Of a stretch of DNA of 64,000 nucleotides, positions 23,438 to 38,000 are shown piece by piece. Origin of the DNA: Octopus bimaculoides. Its lineage: Eukaryota. The stretch covers positions 22,894,979-22,958,978 of the forward strand of contig NC_068998.1 in the NCBI RefSeq assembly GCF_001194135.2, in the 5' to 3' direction. How positions within the stretch are numbered: position 1 is the stretch's first letter; each line of letters begins with the position of its first letter. Made by a program: the position numbers and the translations under genes. The notes beneath the pieces are model-generated. The model made no database searches. It worked only from the letters and a program-made list of their open reading frames with translations, and had not been told where the DNA came from.

Positions 23438-26400
23438 GGGAGCTCTTTTAATATACAATTGTCGGATTCTTTCGCTTTTTACCAATTCTTATTTGACCGA
23501 TCGATAACGGCTGCATGTCTGCCATGTATTGCCCTACGAAGACCAACTCCCCGTGGAGTGAGGCGGTCCGCTCGCATTGACGCTACGGCGAATCAGAAGA
23601 CTTAACATGCNNNNNNNNNNCACCCAGACCAGCAAACGCGCACGTAACACAGACGCCGCGACCGGAGAATGCATAGACGAAGAGAAAGGTGTCAGCTACG
23701 TGGGAGAGTGACGATGATCATAGGGTGAAACCGAACCTTGAGTTTGACCGTTAGCAGTCAACCGGTCTCCTCTTTGTCCAGTGGTTTGCATTAAGACATG
23801 TTACGGTACCGTACGGCTGGACACCAAATTAACCATGAAGCATTTACCCTGGAGAGTGGTAACATACACGACTAGTATACACACTTATCATGGACAAACA
23901 TTTTTCCGTAGCTATGGATCCTTTTTCCCGATTTCCCTTACCTAAATTACTGATACAAAGAGACGCCGTAGAAATTGAAGACCTACTCCGGAATGTGGGT
24001 ACAGAATATCTCGGGCGTTAACTATCGGCACGGAACCAAATTTTCCAAGGTAGCCGAGAGCGCAACAGACCACACTTGAGAAGCGGCGCTCTACCAGCAC
24101 CATAGGATCGATTGACAACTGCTCTATCGAGCTTGGCACAGAGTCCTCTGCACTTCGGTCTTTGAAAGTCACATTTTCTATAAAAGAAATGTAGAATGCT
24201 CTCAGACTTCTTTGAATCATTTGTGATATGAGATATGTCAAAGTTTGAATTTCTATCCTCAGCTAGAAGTAGTCTCCTTCAATAACGTAAAAGTGTATCC
24301 TTTCTACGCTGCTTATAGTTAGTAATCACAAATGAAAGTTCGTATGTGTGAAGAAGATATTGCTTTTTGCACGCCACTAAATAACTACCTAAAATTTGAT
24401 AGATACACACTACGCTTTCCCTTTAAGTTGTGCAGAAAATTCTGTAGAATTTCAACATAGAAGTACACACCTGGATATTTAAATATCAAGAAGAATTGCA
24501 TCTCCATAGGTTTGAAATCAAGAAAGAGGATCTTGTACATAACAAAATCATGGAAGTGAAAGATGGAATACCCGCATTGAGAACATGATTAAGTAAATTT
24601 ATATATGAAGAAAAAATATCAGTGCTAAGATTTATATTAAATATGATAAAAATACCAAAATAATTAGAAGGTATATGAATTAAGAAGCGCTTATGAAAGA
24701 CATGTAAAAATAGGATATTGGAAAGGAAATATTGATTGTATAGAAAATGCTAAAAAATGAAAATTGAAAGAAAATGAAATTAATGCGTGCACATCTTGAA
24801 AAGCAATTAAATATTTCTTACTTAGACACCATAGGCACAAACCGAATATAGAGTGTTTACATGCAACTGCATTATCTTGAATACCGCCTGCTACAGTAAA
24901 TATAGTTAGAGTCGATTGATACAAAATCAAAATCTATATCCACTAATTTCTGTAAAACATTTTGAGGGAAGGTGAGCAACTATTGATACTGCACTACAAA
25001 AACATTAAAAAATATTTTGAATTAATCCGGAGTAAAATTTAAGTAAACTGCTATTGGTAAACTATGTCTTAACACAAAAACTTAAGGCTATTTTATAGTA
25101 AAATAGACAAGTAAACGAAGAAAATATTTTTCGTTTATTTAGTAGAGCGTTACAGAATTATCTAAAAGTGTATCGCATCCATGAATATCTGAGACAAGAA
25201 AAGGGTGCAAATTGAGACAGGAATTGTAGGGACGTATAGGAACTATGCATATATACAAATAGATATGACATGAGATTTCAATTATGCGCTATATATGTAT
25301 ATTTATGCGTTTGTTTATACGTGTATATATAAAACAATTCTGAATAGGCACCATGTGCACATGGAGGTCAATACAAGAGTGCTGGGTTTAACAAGAACAA
25401 TAGCTAATCGTTTCTTATCGATTCCACGAAATATTTTAAAGGGTGATTAATAAATTAACACGAAATTAAAGACACCCAACTATCGTAAGTATATGTGCTG
25501 TGGATTCGAAAGAAAGGAAAGCAGGCCTCTAAAGTTAGGTTATGGGGACGATTGACATATGTCGAATGACCAATCGGATTTATCACTTCACTTGCTTCTA
25601 ACGGTTTTTTTTTGCTTTCTTCCTAACTTTATTTCCGAGTCAATCTAATTCGTTTATTTTCATAATCCTTCTAATAATAGGAATTTGATAGCCAAATGCA
25701 TCCCTTTAAGACTCTTCTTATATCTCACTTTATTTATATATTTATTTAGATTTCAAGTATGTTTAATCTATAGAGTTTTATTTTATTTTCATTTTATTTT
25801 GATTTTGATTTCATGTACGTTTATCTATCTATCATCCAGGTATCTATATGTTTTTTGCCGATGCCATTTTGTGCATTGACTGCAAGCGTATCTTGTTTCA
25901 CAGTCTCTTTTGAGGATTGCTACAATGCAACATCTGCCCTAGGGTACGGTATCGTAAGGCAAACTCAATTGACAAATGACAAACAGTTACCTTCTAAATC
26001 TGCGATGCAAAACAATTGATAGTATAGCATCACACTTTTGAACCATAGGTGCGAGAATGAATCAAAGTAGTTGTAAAAAAAATTGTGAATGCCATTCCAC
26101 ACACAGACAGATACACACACACACACACAAAGAAACAGATAGAAAGAAAGATAGATATGGATATATACATATACAGAGACAGAAGGATAGATATATGTAG
26201 ATAAATACGTGTGTTTGCGTGTGTGCGCGTGTGTGTGCGTGTGTGTGTGCGTTTGTGTCTGCGTGTGTGCGTTTCTGTGTGCGTGTGTGTGATTGAATAA
26301 GTGTCATGATATTTAAAATATTCACTAACCCGGTGTACGGGAACAATACTATATCTGTATATATGTGCATGCGTGTGCGTGCGTGCGTGTGCGTGCGTGC

Positions 26401-28689
26401 GTGTGTGTGAGTGTAGGCAGGCCATAAGAGAGAACAAATTTGTACATACGCACGCATGCACACATACACATGCATGCAATCAGGATATATTTCCTTGTAC
26501 AAACATGTAGACGTTACTGTTTTACATGATGCGCAACGCTATTATGTTACTTTAAGCATTTTTTTCATTACTGGTTACATATTTTCACTGTTTAAATATT
26601 AAGTCAGTACTCTCGTTAAGCTATCCAATACTACATTATTCTTCAATATAACTAAAGATTTTAGAAAAAGAAACATTGAAATCCACATTGTAATTGCTTT
26701 CATTAATCATTTTTATTACCATTTTAACATTTATGTACATTCGAAGGAAATAAAATAAAGAGTTGGAGAATTTATCATGTCATTGAATGGCAAACATCAT
26801 ATTTATTTTCTGAAGATGAGTGGCCAACAAAACACAAAAATATTATTCGACAAAGTCTATTGCATGTCGTTATGAATAAAGGAAATTAAATCCGTTGATA
26901 TAATTTCCTATGGCTCATCTTTTGTTTTCTCAAATGTTTAAATATATTGTTGGTTATTCGGAAGAGACATTCAAATTTAATAATAAGGAAAATTCTAGAC
27001 GTTTCGTTTAATTTTAGTGGGTTTGTCTGCAAAATTATTATATTTGCATTGATTACTATATTTCTGAATAAGCCTAAACGATAATACTTATAACAGTCAT
27101 AATATGTTTTGGACATTAAGAAAAGGATATTGCGAATACAGCAACGAAGAAAAAATAGACAACAATAATTTTATAAGATTGAAAGTAAATGAGCTATTTA
27201 GAATGTTCACAAGAAATGAATGGCGAGTAAGCTCTCATCCAACTGTATACATTATTATGAAACATGCTATGAACATGATTATTTGGTATCCTTATATGTC
27301 TGAGTACGCATACTTACACACCCACATACAATCATACATACATACATGTATATAAATATATATACATACATACATGTATATACAACGTCATTAGCTTAAA
27401 GAATTTTCTTCTCTAACAAATTGTTCTACAAGGTTTTAAAACATTTCTGATGCCCAGACCCTCAGATGTAAGTACCCCGTGTGAAGAAACAGCCATAAAC
27501 TTATAACAGTCATTATGTGCTTCCTGTTATATGTTTGTTTATTAATTAGTGTTAAGATTTGTATGCGCCGGACACTTTAATGTGAAGCATATACTCATTA
27601 TGTTTTCATACAACTGGTTAACATTATCGCTATGCCTAAGCGAAATCATAGTTTGTACCGTTAGACAAAGTGTAACATCAAAATAATCATATCTTAATAT
27701 CGATAGAACTAAATTTATCAAATAACACATGAAGAGAACTCTTATAATCTGGACTCAGAAGTTTTGTGGAACAGATCGAAGCTTGTTGCATTTCCTCATT
27801 TTTAAATATTTAATGTATACTTACAGAAATGCGGAATAAATAGGGATGCTTACTTCCCTGTGAAGTCTGCCGTAAGCATACATTAAAATTGCAAAAGCTG
27901 ATAAAGTGTATTGACTTGTTGCACGTGAATTAAAAACAAGTCGTTTCACATACCTGCGTCGTATATAAGTGTGTGCATGAATGTGTGCGTGTGTTTGAGC
28001 GTGTGTGCGTGCGTATGTGTGTGTATGCTCGCGCGCGCCTGTATCTTAAAACGGCAAAAGAACAAGTAATGAAACTAGGTCCAACATTAATGAACTTCTG
28101 GTAAGCGAATTCAGCGTGACCTACATTGGATATGTTGTTGGCAATATCATTTCAAGAATAAGACGAAAGGAAAAGAAATGGACTTAGTCTCTGCTTGTTC
28201 TCATGAAACATATCTTCAAAGACAAATAATGCTATGCCTAACCAGCAAAAAGGGTCTTTCTGGAACTCAGTTCCACCAGCAGTGTGGACCTTGTCCACAG
28301 CTTAAAGGTGAGGTCAACTATTGTTTCAAACCACATGACAGCACCGGCAGTTTATTGTCGCCGGCTCCTTGAGGATGTCTGCAATGCAGAAATTACACAG
28401 GATCTATCCTAAAACAAACCTGGATTGGAACTCAAGGACTTTATGTTAATATGCATTGGATTATGCTACTGACAAAGCAAATATCCACAAAGAACTTGTT
28501 TGTCGTGAAACGAGTATACGTATGAAAGAAAAAAAATGGAAGCTAAAATTTATACGTGACTGTCTTCCTTATGTATATTAATAATCTCCCATGGGGTTAG
28601 AAAAAGAAAAAGTGAAACCACAGCAGTTAAAAACTTAAAATCGAATTCTGCTGGTACATATTTACCACACACTCCCCCTCGGTGCGCGA

Positions 28690-29950
28690 CATGATGTGGC
28701 TACGGTTTCATCAAAATGCCTAGCTGCAGATCCTATGAGTATCAACTTAATACTAGGTGAGCAAATCCAAATTGTCTTCGATTCCTCGAATATCAAGAAT
28801 TTACCAATGTCTTCGAAAAGGTTAAGTGCAAGATGCGATATCTTAGGTAAATTACGGGAGTAGTTGCATGAATTTTCAAGAGATAGGAATAGGGCAGATG
28901 CGGTGAAAGCTGTTCCCTCTTCTAGGAGAAATCAAAGCTGTCTGGAGTCCATCGGGAAGGTACAATGGGACCATTGTTTCTTTCGATGTCTCTCAGATAT
29001 CTCCCCAGTTATACGTCAGGCATTGTCATCAGCAAGCAACCAATACAACATATCACAAACAGTTAACGAACCTGATAAAAAACTCAAAACTACAGAACGA
29101 CCTTAATGCAATATAAATGTGGGCTGCAGAAGACAACATGAGGTTGAGTGCTGAGAAAATGCAAGTACTCCGCTATCGGTCCACACACAATTAAAATTGC
29201 AATTAAAAGGACCATTGGTGTATTTCCATCGCGGATTCATAGTCGGCGTGTAAACAGAGCATCGACATGAGAGGTGAAGTATCATTCCACGTAAATATTA
29301 CTATCGGTAACCATGTGCTGGCGAGTAAATGACTGGTTTCTGAGATCATTCAGAACACGAAATAAAAGGATCCATTTTCCTCGAGAATATTATATTTGTT
29401 CTCAGTCGCCAGCATAAATACAGTGCATTACTGTCGCTGCGAAACCTCAGAACAACAATGGAACCCGAAGTAATCCAATGCGAGTATACCAACAAAAGTG
29501 CCACGGTGCAAAAAGTGAGTAACGGGGAGCGGCAAAAAGAAATCACATTCTAATCCCTAAATTGAAAGTGAGAAAGGTATATAGTGATATGTAAATGAAA
29601 GTTCCTGGAGTTTCGGCCATCCTATATTAGGGTTCAAATTCATAAATATTCCGACAACCACTATGTAGCAGGCAAGATCACGCTCCCTAGTTCCTGAAAG
29701 GGAACCAAAGCTGAAACAGTTTAGGGTTGAAAATGCCACACATTTTCATTATCCTACCTTAACAGTTTTACAGATCTAAAAAGAGTAGATGCATATACGT
29801 TCAAAGAACATAGTTAAAAATATTCCAAATAACACATGAACTCACATTGCGACAAAAGACACACAAAATGATAGACTTATCTCACTCACTAGTTCGCCTG
29901 GGCCCACTCCACAACGGTGCTGGCAAGGACGTCTAAAATATACAAGCTTT
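28690..29950 (+). mobile_element. CR1/L2-type LINE reverse transcriptase 3' fragment, heavily decayed
   Basis: Frameshifted motifs EFTNVFEKV (cf. DFAKAFDKV), GKLRE*LHEFSRDR, GVHREGTMGPLF (cf. GVPQGTVLGPLLF), LQNDLNAIYKWA...NMRL..EKMQVLRY, FLRSFRTR, and a C-terminal lesion-riddled segment resembling NSLGLKMPHLFNILP...DLK.VD.YTFK. Confidence 0.8.
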
Positions 29951-30520
29951 AAGAATAACGTCATTGCTCCCGCATTACCAAAGACTCGGGATGAAACAAA
30001 TAAAATAATATAGAAATTATGTGGACAAGTAGATGTGCAATTCTTTCTGCAATGTTCAGAGGTCCGCATAGACTTTTATAATCGAATATCCTTTCTCAAT
30101 AGGTTATTAATTAACTGCAAAAGTAAGTAGCATGAGCAAGTAAGCGCTACAGACGAAATGTCGGAAAAATAAGGATAAACACAAGTTAATATTACATTCT
30201 CTATGCGTGTTTCACTAATATGTTTATTTTGAACCCTGAAATAGATGTTCCAAATGCATATAGAAGCTCAAACACAACGGTTACTCCGAGAACGCTATAC
30301 TGATCCAAGTTACACATCGCAGTGTTCGACAGAGCCACAACGACGAACCGCTAATAAGTATACATTATAAACACGCGTGCGTTTATCGTTAAAGCGCAAG
30401 TAATAAGATGAATAAATATTTAGTTAAGCAAATATAATATATAATACACGCATATATATATATATATATATATAAATTGAGTGAGATAAACATAATAGGG
30501 ACTTATTATACTCGTCAAAA

Positions 30521-32281
30521 CACCCTTTGCTGACTTCGGTTTTGTGGTTGATTTTGATTACATTTATGATGCTGATTTCAAATATGGCATCCATTTTTTT
30601 CTAACACAACAGGTTTTCATTCTAAAGCATGCCCTTATGTTATGATGTTCTGCATAAATAATTAACTTTGTGAAGATAATTTACTAAGTCTTATAACTCC
30701 AAATCATAATTTGTAATGTCAATAGAATATAAAATGTAAGATAGCAACACCTTTTACTAAATGCATACTGTTAATTTTCTAATATGATGGATAGAACACA
30801 AACCATCGTACATATGCCTTCATATTCATGGAATAAATTCCCGCTTGCGAGGGTATGTAGAGTATTTCATGTCTACAGAGTCTCTGTTAATACTCCAACA
30901 GCCGTCTGGCATCAAGAGTGTGTTCCATCGACCTTGATATCTCTCCTCCATAATCTTCATTACTTAATGAAAATGCTCACCAACCTCATCTCTCACGTCT
31001 CTCCAGTAGGAAATTCATTGAGATGGCTACTGAGAAAATGATGCTTTATGCTTATGTTGTAGCATAAAAGATGAAAGCTATCAAGTAATGTTTCCACGAA
31101 ATCCTTGTAGTTGCAGCCCCCCTTTCAATCCCGACAAACCCTGTCACAACAGCCACAAATGAAACCCATGCTCATTTTTCCGTGTCAGCCATCAGGCTAG
31201 AGAAATTCTAGTATTTCTTTGAGTTTCTGATTTGTGGCCCATTAAAATCACCAGCCGCTATTTTATCATAACTTAGGCCAGGAAATGTTGTACAGACGAA
31301 TTTGAAACAATTACCCTCCACATTAAGAGATTTGACAAATTACTTCATTAATCCTACGTTAATATGAAGGGGATACAATATGTTTTTTTGCTCGCTCAAC
31401 AAGATGTTGGTGTATTATATTCTTCTCCCAAACTTTTCCTAACTGGCCAGAGTGTCTGTTCCCAATGTTTTTCATTCGCTTGGCAATCCCATAAACACAG
31501 GAAACATGGATATTTTGTATATCCTCCTTGTTGGCGAAGTAAAAATTTGACCATTTTTAGATCGACGCATATGACCCATTTGTGTTCATCATACTTCAGT
31601 AAATCTAATACAACTTTCATGTAATCATAATTTTCTTTTTAGTGTACAGAGTGACCAATAGGAAGCGCACCAAACAAGTTTCTATTATAGATTAATACAC
31701 ATTTTACACACGTCTTTGAAGTATGAAGAGTCTCCGTTCACTAAAATCCTACTGTTCAACACCCATCACGTTTAACAGTCCCGCCACATCACAACAGTAA
31801 AGAAAATATTTTCCAGTTGTAAGGAACGCCAAGAGATCTTTTTCCTTGTTCTGATAAATAGTCACGCTCGTTTCTTTCTGTAAAGAATTCTGCTCTTTAA
31901 ACCTTGTGTCCTGTGTCCATACATTGTGCGGGTGCACGATTTATCCTGATCACCAACTTTAATCTTTAAGTAAGCTACGTAAAATCATTTCATAATGTCA
32001 CTAACGTTCAACCTTTGATTTTGTATTGTAAAACATTTCCAGCATAAACCTACCACAGCTGAATGGGATGGAGCTTCAATTTTTGCTTGAAATTCAAACA
32101 TTTCAAGCACAAAGCTCGTATTGGTTCGGACCAAAAAGAGCCAGCCTAAAGAAAAAAAAAACAATGGACGTGATAGAAAAAAAAACTATTGCAATTTTTA
32201 AACCCCGTAACCCCAAAGTACCGCAAAACAGGTCTCAAACTTAGGTCATCAGAAAAAAATGTTTTAATTAATTGGCCAGCG
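30521..32281 (-). mobile_element. Chapaev3-like (CMC superfamily) DNA transposon, internally deleted and decayed
   Basis: Minus-strand KVVLDLLKYDEHKWVICVDLKMVKFLLRQQGGYTKYPCFLCLWD (ORF 31396-31620), an N-terminal KVGDQDKS motif near 31950, and degenerate termini (cac... at 30521; cgctggccaa on the minus strand at 32281) with similar subterminal ...tttttct(a/c)tcac motifs. The family name comes from my recall of these motifs. Confidence 0.7.
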
Positions 32282-33566
32282 TTATTGGGCACAACACCCA
32301 GTCACATGCATTGAAACATTGAGGTCATCAAACATGACGTCTCGTATCGTAAGAAAATATGCATATAAACTGAAGTAATTCCAGACACACAGTGCTATTT
32401 ACGTAGCTAATAAACGTGCACACAAACGTTATATATCCCAATTGGTGTGAAAGTGCAATACATATACAATGATGAATACAAATGCACATTCAGCAACATT
32501 TACAAAGGGCTCACATTTAATCACAGGTTGAGAGTCAGTTTTACGGACAACGTACGTGAAAGAAGGATAAGTGTCAGACGCCCAACTCGTATTATATCAA
32601 GACACGTAAAATCCTTTATAGGGAAACACAATCAAGCACATACATCATACGAGTGTGTATTTATGCGTGATATGTGTGCACCTGTATGTGTGAAAAGGGA
32701 TGCAACTACATATTTATTAACAAAACAGTTTCTCCTACTCTATATTGAACGGCCTGGTGAAAATATTGCTATTCGCTGACGAAAATACCACAAAAGTGGT
32801 GTCTCCACTCACCAGACATAAAAAAAGATACACTCAAAGGAACTTTTTTATGTAATCAAGTGAATACTAGGTGACTAAAAATGTATTAAACATATGTACT
32901 TAAAATTACCCGTTTCCTATAAATAAGAACAGCTTATGCATTGGGTAGGCAATTGGTATGCATTGGGTAGGCAATTCGCCTGTTTAGGAAAGCATCACTT
33001 AACACGTGACAAGGGACTTGAAATTTGCTTCAGAATAGAAGTATATTCCCGAAAAGTTTTGCAGTATTGTGCGGTAGTGTAATATATGTTAAACGTTGCC
33101 CTATAAACCAACGCATTGGAACAGCAGAATCTTTTCAATAAAAATTTTTGATTTCATGACTTGTAAATGGATGTATGAGATTGCTGATTTTGATCCCCAA
33201 AATGTTCTCGTATATTAAAGCAAAGTCAAATACATGCACAAATATATGCAGACGCTCAAACAAACAATAAACTAAATGCGCATAATTTGCATTCACATTG
33301 ATCTACACCCGAGTTAATAGTGCATACCACTAAAGATATTTCCATGCAATTCTCTGATCCCGCACGTACGTGCACACTCAAGCAGTCACGCCTAAAGACA
33401 CATAAATGTATATGTACATACACAGTCAATATGAGCATCACAACGAGATACGATTTGTGGAATAATTTGAAATGGAAACGACAAAACTATAAACTTCCTT
33501 CTTCTGAAGATGAGAGAGTGTCACATATCCCAGCTACTTGCATGAACAACTGCATATGAATCGTTT

Positions 33567-33776
33567 TAGGAGGGGGTCCTATAAAGTTCCTGGCTTTAAG
33601 GTTCTCACGAAAGACCTGGTTGGAATACAATCTTCCCGGGTTGTATTACAGGGTTTAGAAAAAAACTGATGAACAACTACAATAAATGTATGAGGGAAAC
33701 ATGTAAAATAAAATAAGTAACACTCCTCTTGTATATTCTGTTACCAAAATCAGGGACTTTTCAGCAATCCTGTGTG
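33567..33776. mobile_element. Mariner-derived MITE, degenerate
   Basis: Left taggagggggtcctataaagttcctggcttt and right aaaatcagggacttttcagcaatcctg are imperfect inverted termini (about 18/31 by eye). The interior resembles a mariner 3' end. Confidence 0.5.
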
Positions 33777-33866
33777 TGTGTGTGTGTGTGTGTGCGTGTG
33801 TGTGTGCCTGCGCGCGCGTGTGTGTGTGTGTGTGTGTCTGTGTGTCTGTGTGTGTGTCAGTATGTG
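33772..33866. repeat. (GT)n microsatellite
   Basis: Read directly. Confidence 0.95.
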
Positions 33867-34709
33867 TGTTTCTGGTCTTAAGAGTATCACGAAAGGCTTG
33901 GATGGAAGCCGAAACATCTGAGATTTTAAACAGGATTAAGAAAACATCTGAATGGCTACTGCATTAAATGTGTGAATCTGAGAGGGGAATATGTTCAATA
34001 GAATCATACATAATTGATCCAAAGCCAAGCACTTTTTAGTTTCCCTTCATATGTATATTTTTATGTATGTATATACGCATCGCAAGCGGTTTACCGTTAT
34101 GGGGGCAACTCCCTTATAGGAATGGGAGATTTAAAACATTTGAAAGTCATTTTTATATCGTCGTAGACAGTCAATTCACTGCGATCCCGGTTCGAGTCAC
34201 ATAGTAGAGGTTCATAAGCAACACAGATGGAGAAATATCGATGTCCATCACTCATCGGTGGGACCAGATGCCAGTTATCTCCCCTATTTTTGTCTTTTAG
34301 TTGTATTAACCCATTCAAATCTAAGGGAGTGTAGTCCCCAAAGAGGCAAAGTTCAGCGAACCGGCTTTTTACTGCAAGTCATCGTAAGAGTAGTGACATT
34401 ATTTTCTTTGCATTCTATTATTTTTCAGACGGGAACAATAAAAATGAGTGAGTGTCAAGGAAGAGAAAGACAGAGAAAGCAGATATGTTACTGCTTGCGT
34501 TAAGCCAGTAGACACATTGACAACTTATTCCCCTTTTTTACTCTCCTCTGCAGCAGAGATCAAAACCTTGCCTATTGAGAGGACAATCCTGAGGCTTTCC
34601 TCATAGTCGGACAGAGTTAGACGGGAAATGCATATTTAATCAATTTACAACTTCGTTTTATTGCTTTCTGATATATTTCGTACGATTATTCTGTACCAAA
34701 GAGTACACA

Positions 34710-35074
34710 TTTTATCTTTTATTTTCTATTTGTTTTAATCGGTAGATTGAGGCACCACCTTAAATAATTATTAGTCTAATAAACCCACCGCAGTACATGT
34801 TTTAAGGCCTAGTACTTATTCTTTTGGTATCTCGTGCCGAACTGCTAAGTTAGGGGAACGTAAACACACTAACACTAGTTGTCATGTGTTGGTGAAGGAC
34901 AAACACAGACACAGACACGCACACAAACACGTGTATATATGTACATATACGGTTTTGTTTTCATTTTCCCCACTATCAAGTCCACTTACAAGGTTTTAGT
35001 CGGTTGAAGGCTATAGTAGAAGATACTAGTAGAACATATGGGAAGGAAGCAAACTTCTTACTACACACCCGCGC
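34710..35074 (-). mobile_element. tRNA-derived SINE, CORE-like family (octopus OR-type), diverged
   Basis: ccacttacaaggttttagtcggttgaaggctatagtagaagatac is the reverse complement of gtatcttctactatagcttcggactgaccaaag... at 56662. Internal (AC)n tract and gccgaactgctaagtt...gtaaacacactaacac body. Confidence 0.7.
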
Positions 35075-38000
35075 TTACTTAACAAAAAAATTAACCAATA
35101 GAGATAGTATTTTTGATCATTTCTTAAGACCTGAATTCAGTCATGTGACCTCAGAATTTTACTTGACTATTTCACATATAGAACGAAAAGAAAGAACCGG
35201 AAATGTCTCTGTGTGTGTGTGTGTATGTGTGTGTGAGTGTGTGTGACTAAAAAAAAATAATGTCTTCTACCCTTGGTTCATGCCAATGCTTTAAAATTTT
35301 AAAGTTATTTAAGAAAGGTTACGTAAAAAATAAACTTGCACCTAATCATCTATTCATTTAAAAAGATTATAATCCAGTAGAATTTCTCATGTTTTCAATC
35401 ACCCCCAGGATTGTAAAAGGGACAATTAGTTCAGTTTTCTTTCTACTTTCCTCAACTTTTAAATAGATATGATGAATATTATCATTCTCGTAAATGATTA
35501 ATCAATGCTTAAGCTGAAAATCAAAATCGAATTGGGCAGCAAGGAATGTGATCGTTATTTTGATTGAAAGTATTACGAATAGTCTGAGTGAATTCTTCTA
35601 TTTCCCATGTCTGTTAGTTTGTCAGTATGAGTATGGGAACACGTTTTCTCAGCTTTGAAGTGATATTGAAACCGAATATCGCCTTAAAGTGCTATCCAAA
35701 TCCAAATAATTTCATTGTATAGCTCTTACAAGCGAAGATGTAATTAAGCCAAGGATCGAAGAAGAAAAAAACGGCATTTGTTGCGACTATAAACCTTCAA
35801 ATGAAATCTAAAGTGTCACACGTTTTGCGATTTGTTAATGAGAAAGAAATACTTCAAGAGATGTTTAGGGAATAAATCAATGTCAGTAAATACAGAAAAA
35901 GTTGCATCACTGAAAGAAGTTGTACATCGTTATACGCATTCACTTAATTTGTTGTTCTCTAAATCAGCTTCTAGAGTTCGTGAACATCGTATTTTCTTCC
36001 TGACTTTAAAAGGAATTTCGACATTTTTCTCAAAGTCGAAGGCTTGCATAGACCTTACTGGATGAGATCATTGGAAGGTGATTTCGAAAGTTATAATATA
36101 CGTTACTCGTGTCTTAGTAAATAGTTCAAAACGGTGCATCGTAGGGAGGTAACTATTTTCATTTTCAAACTCCCCATATTTCAAAGCTCATAAAGATCCA
36201 CTTTTTACGGGAAACATGGGAAGGTTGAACACTAGCAAACACCATTAACTTCGGGGTGGGGGGTGGATTCCATGCCCTAGTTTCTTAGTCACTCTTTGCC
36301 ACTGTGTACGACTCTGTGTTCGACACTGTGTACGACTGTGCACGACTCTCATTTCAATCTCTCTTATATTCCCCTTTACTTTGCACGCGTGCCACTTACT
36401 TCCACTGCAAGGCGGCATACATTCTGACAATTAGTTTTGCAAACTATGGATTATCAACATAAAACGTCTATCTTTGTAAAACATTTAACGGAAAGCAGTA
36501 TCGAAATTAAATATAAGCAGATATTAAAGTGACTACTATCTATAAAAATCATAAATTATATTCTACAGTCCAGTAACAATGACAGCCACTCAGAGATTGA
36601 ATTATTGAAAATATATTTAGACGCAAACCTATTAGAAATTTTAGGTCTTATATTAAATATCTCTCTGTGCGTTATCGAATTATCATTTTTGACTAATGTA
36701 GCGTAAAACAACACCCTCACACTTGCATCAACAAATCCTCACTGGACCAATGCATTTGTTGTTAAATGTTGAAAAGTGCTAAAGATAATCCTGTTTCCTT
36801 TATAGAATAATTGAACTAGAACTTATTTGCTCCAGCTGGTTCATTGAAACCAAAATTTCAGAAGAATCTGAGAGATATACAAACACACATACATACACGT
36901 ATGTGTGTGTACGAACGCAGAGTTTATGTATATATATATATATAACATGACTGGGGGTATTAGAAAGACTTAGGTTGCTTCTAGAAATAAGAGCTAAATG
37001 ATCTAAGACTGCAGTCAAAGTGCAATAGTGTATAATTATATACATTCATGATGACAGGGACCTACTCTGCCGAATAGCAGTGGTCGAGATATTCCCAGAC
37101 TGATGGATAAGTTTCGGGTTGTGCCGTAGCCCATTATAGTCCATGTCAACATGTATATATACACTTGTGTGCTTTGACTGCAACATTAGACATTTAGCCC
37201 ATATTTCTAGCAATGTAGATCTTTCTAATACCCTCAATCATGTTTAATGACAATTATAAGAGTTTTCCTTTTTGGCGCACGCTTGCTACTGCTTCCTATA
37301 TATATATATATATATNNNNNNNNNNNNNNNNNNNNNNNNNNNNNNNNNNNNNNNNNNNNNNNNNNNNNNNNNNNNNNNNNNNNNNNNNNNNNNNNNNNNN
37401 NNNNNNNNNNNNNNNNNNNNNNNNNNNNNNNNNNNNNNNNNNNNNNNNNNNNNNNNNNNNNNNNNNNNNNNNNNNNNNNNNNNNNNNNNNNNNNNNNNNN
37501 NNNNNNNNNNNNNNNNNNNNNNNNNNNNNNNNNNNNNNNNNNNNNNNNNNNNNNNNNNNNNNNNNNNNNNATATATATATATTTATATATATATATATAT
37601 ATGTATATATATAGGCACATATATATTAAACAAACATTTTTGAGACACTGAAAAACAGATGCATAAAAAAAGCCAAATAAGAAACCCACAATCATTTCAC
37701 CATGTAGGAAAACAAAAAGAATAACGGAGCTAATTACCTGAAGAATAATATTTAAATAAGTTTCGGGAACAGATATATGAGAGTGCTTTTCCTTACATAC
37801 TAGGCCTTAGCATTACGACTGGAGAACAGCGTCGACGTTTTAATCGGTCAATGATAGGCAGATATTTTGACGGTTCCAAGCTTAACCATTTAAATATCAC
37901 TTCAAAGAATTTAAATAGTTGTAAGTATATTATCCTCCATAATGTAAGCGTCTGATTATAAATATATATTTGTGTTGGTTTATACACGTCTGTATGCGTA

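Noticed and set aside
23706-23735. gtgacga...gaaacc hammerhead-like spacing
   Set aside because: The core begins with G instead of C and stem II does not pair convincingly.
32936-32980. 22-bp tandem duplication (tatgcattgggtaggcaatt x2); similarly cttatcacacaaaaataagagactaaa x2 at ~41810-41878
   Set aside because: Two-copy slippage duplications, not spacer-separated arrays; not CRISPR-like.
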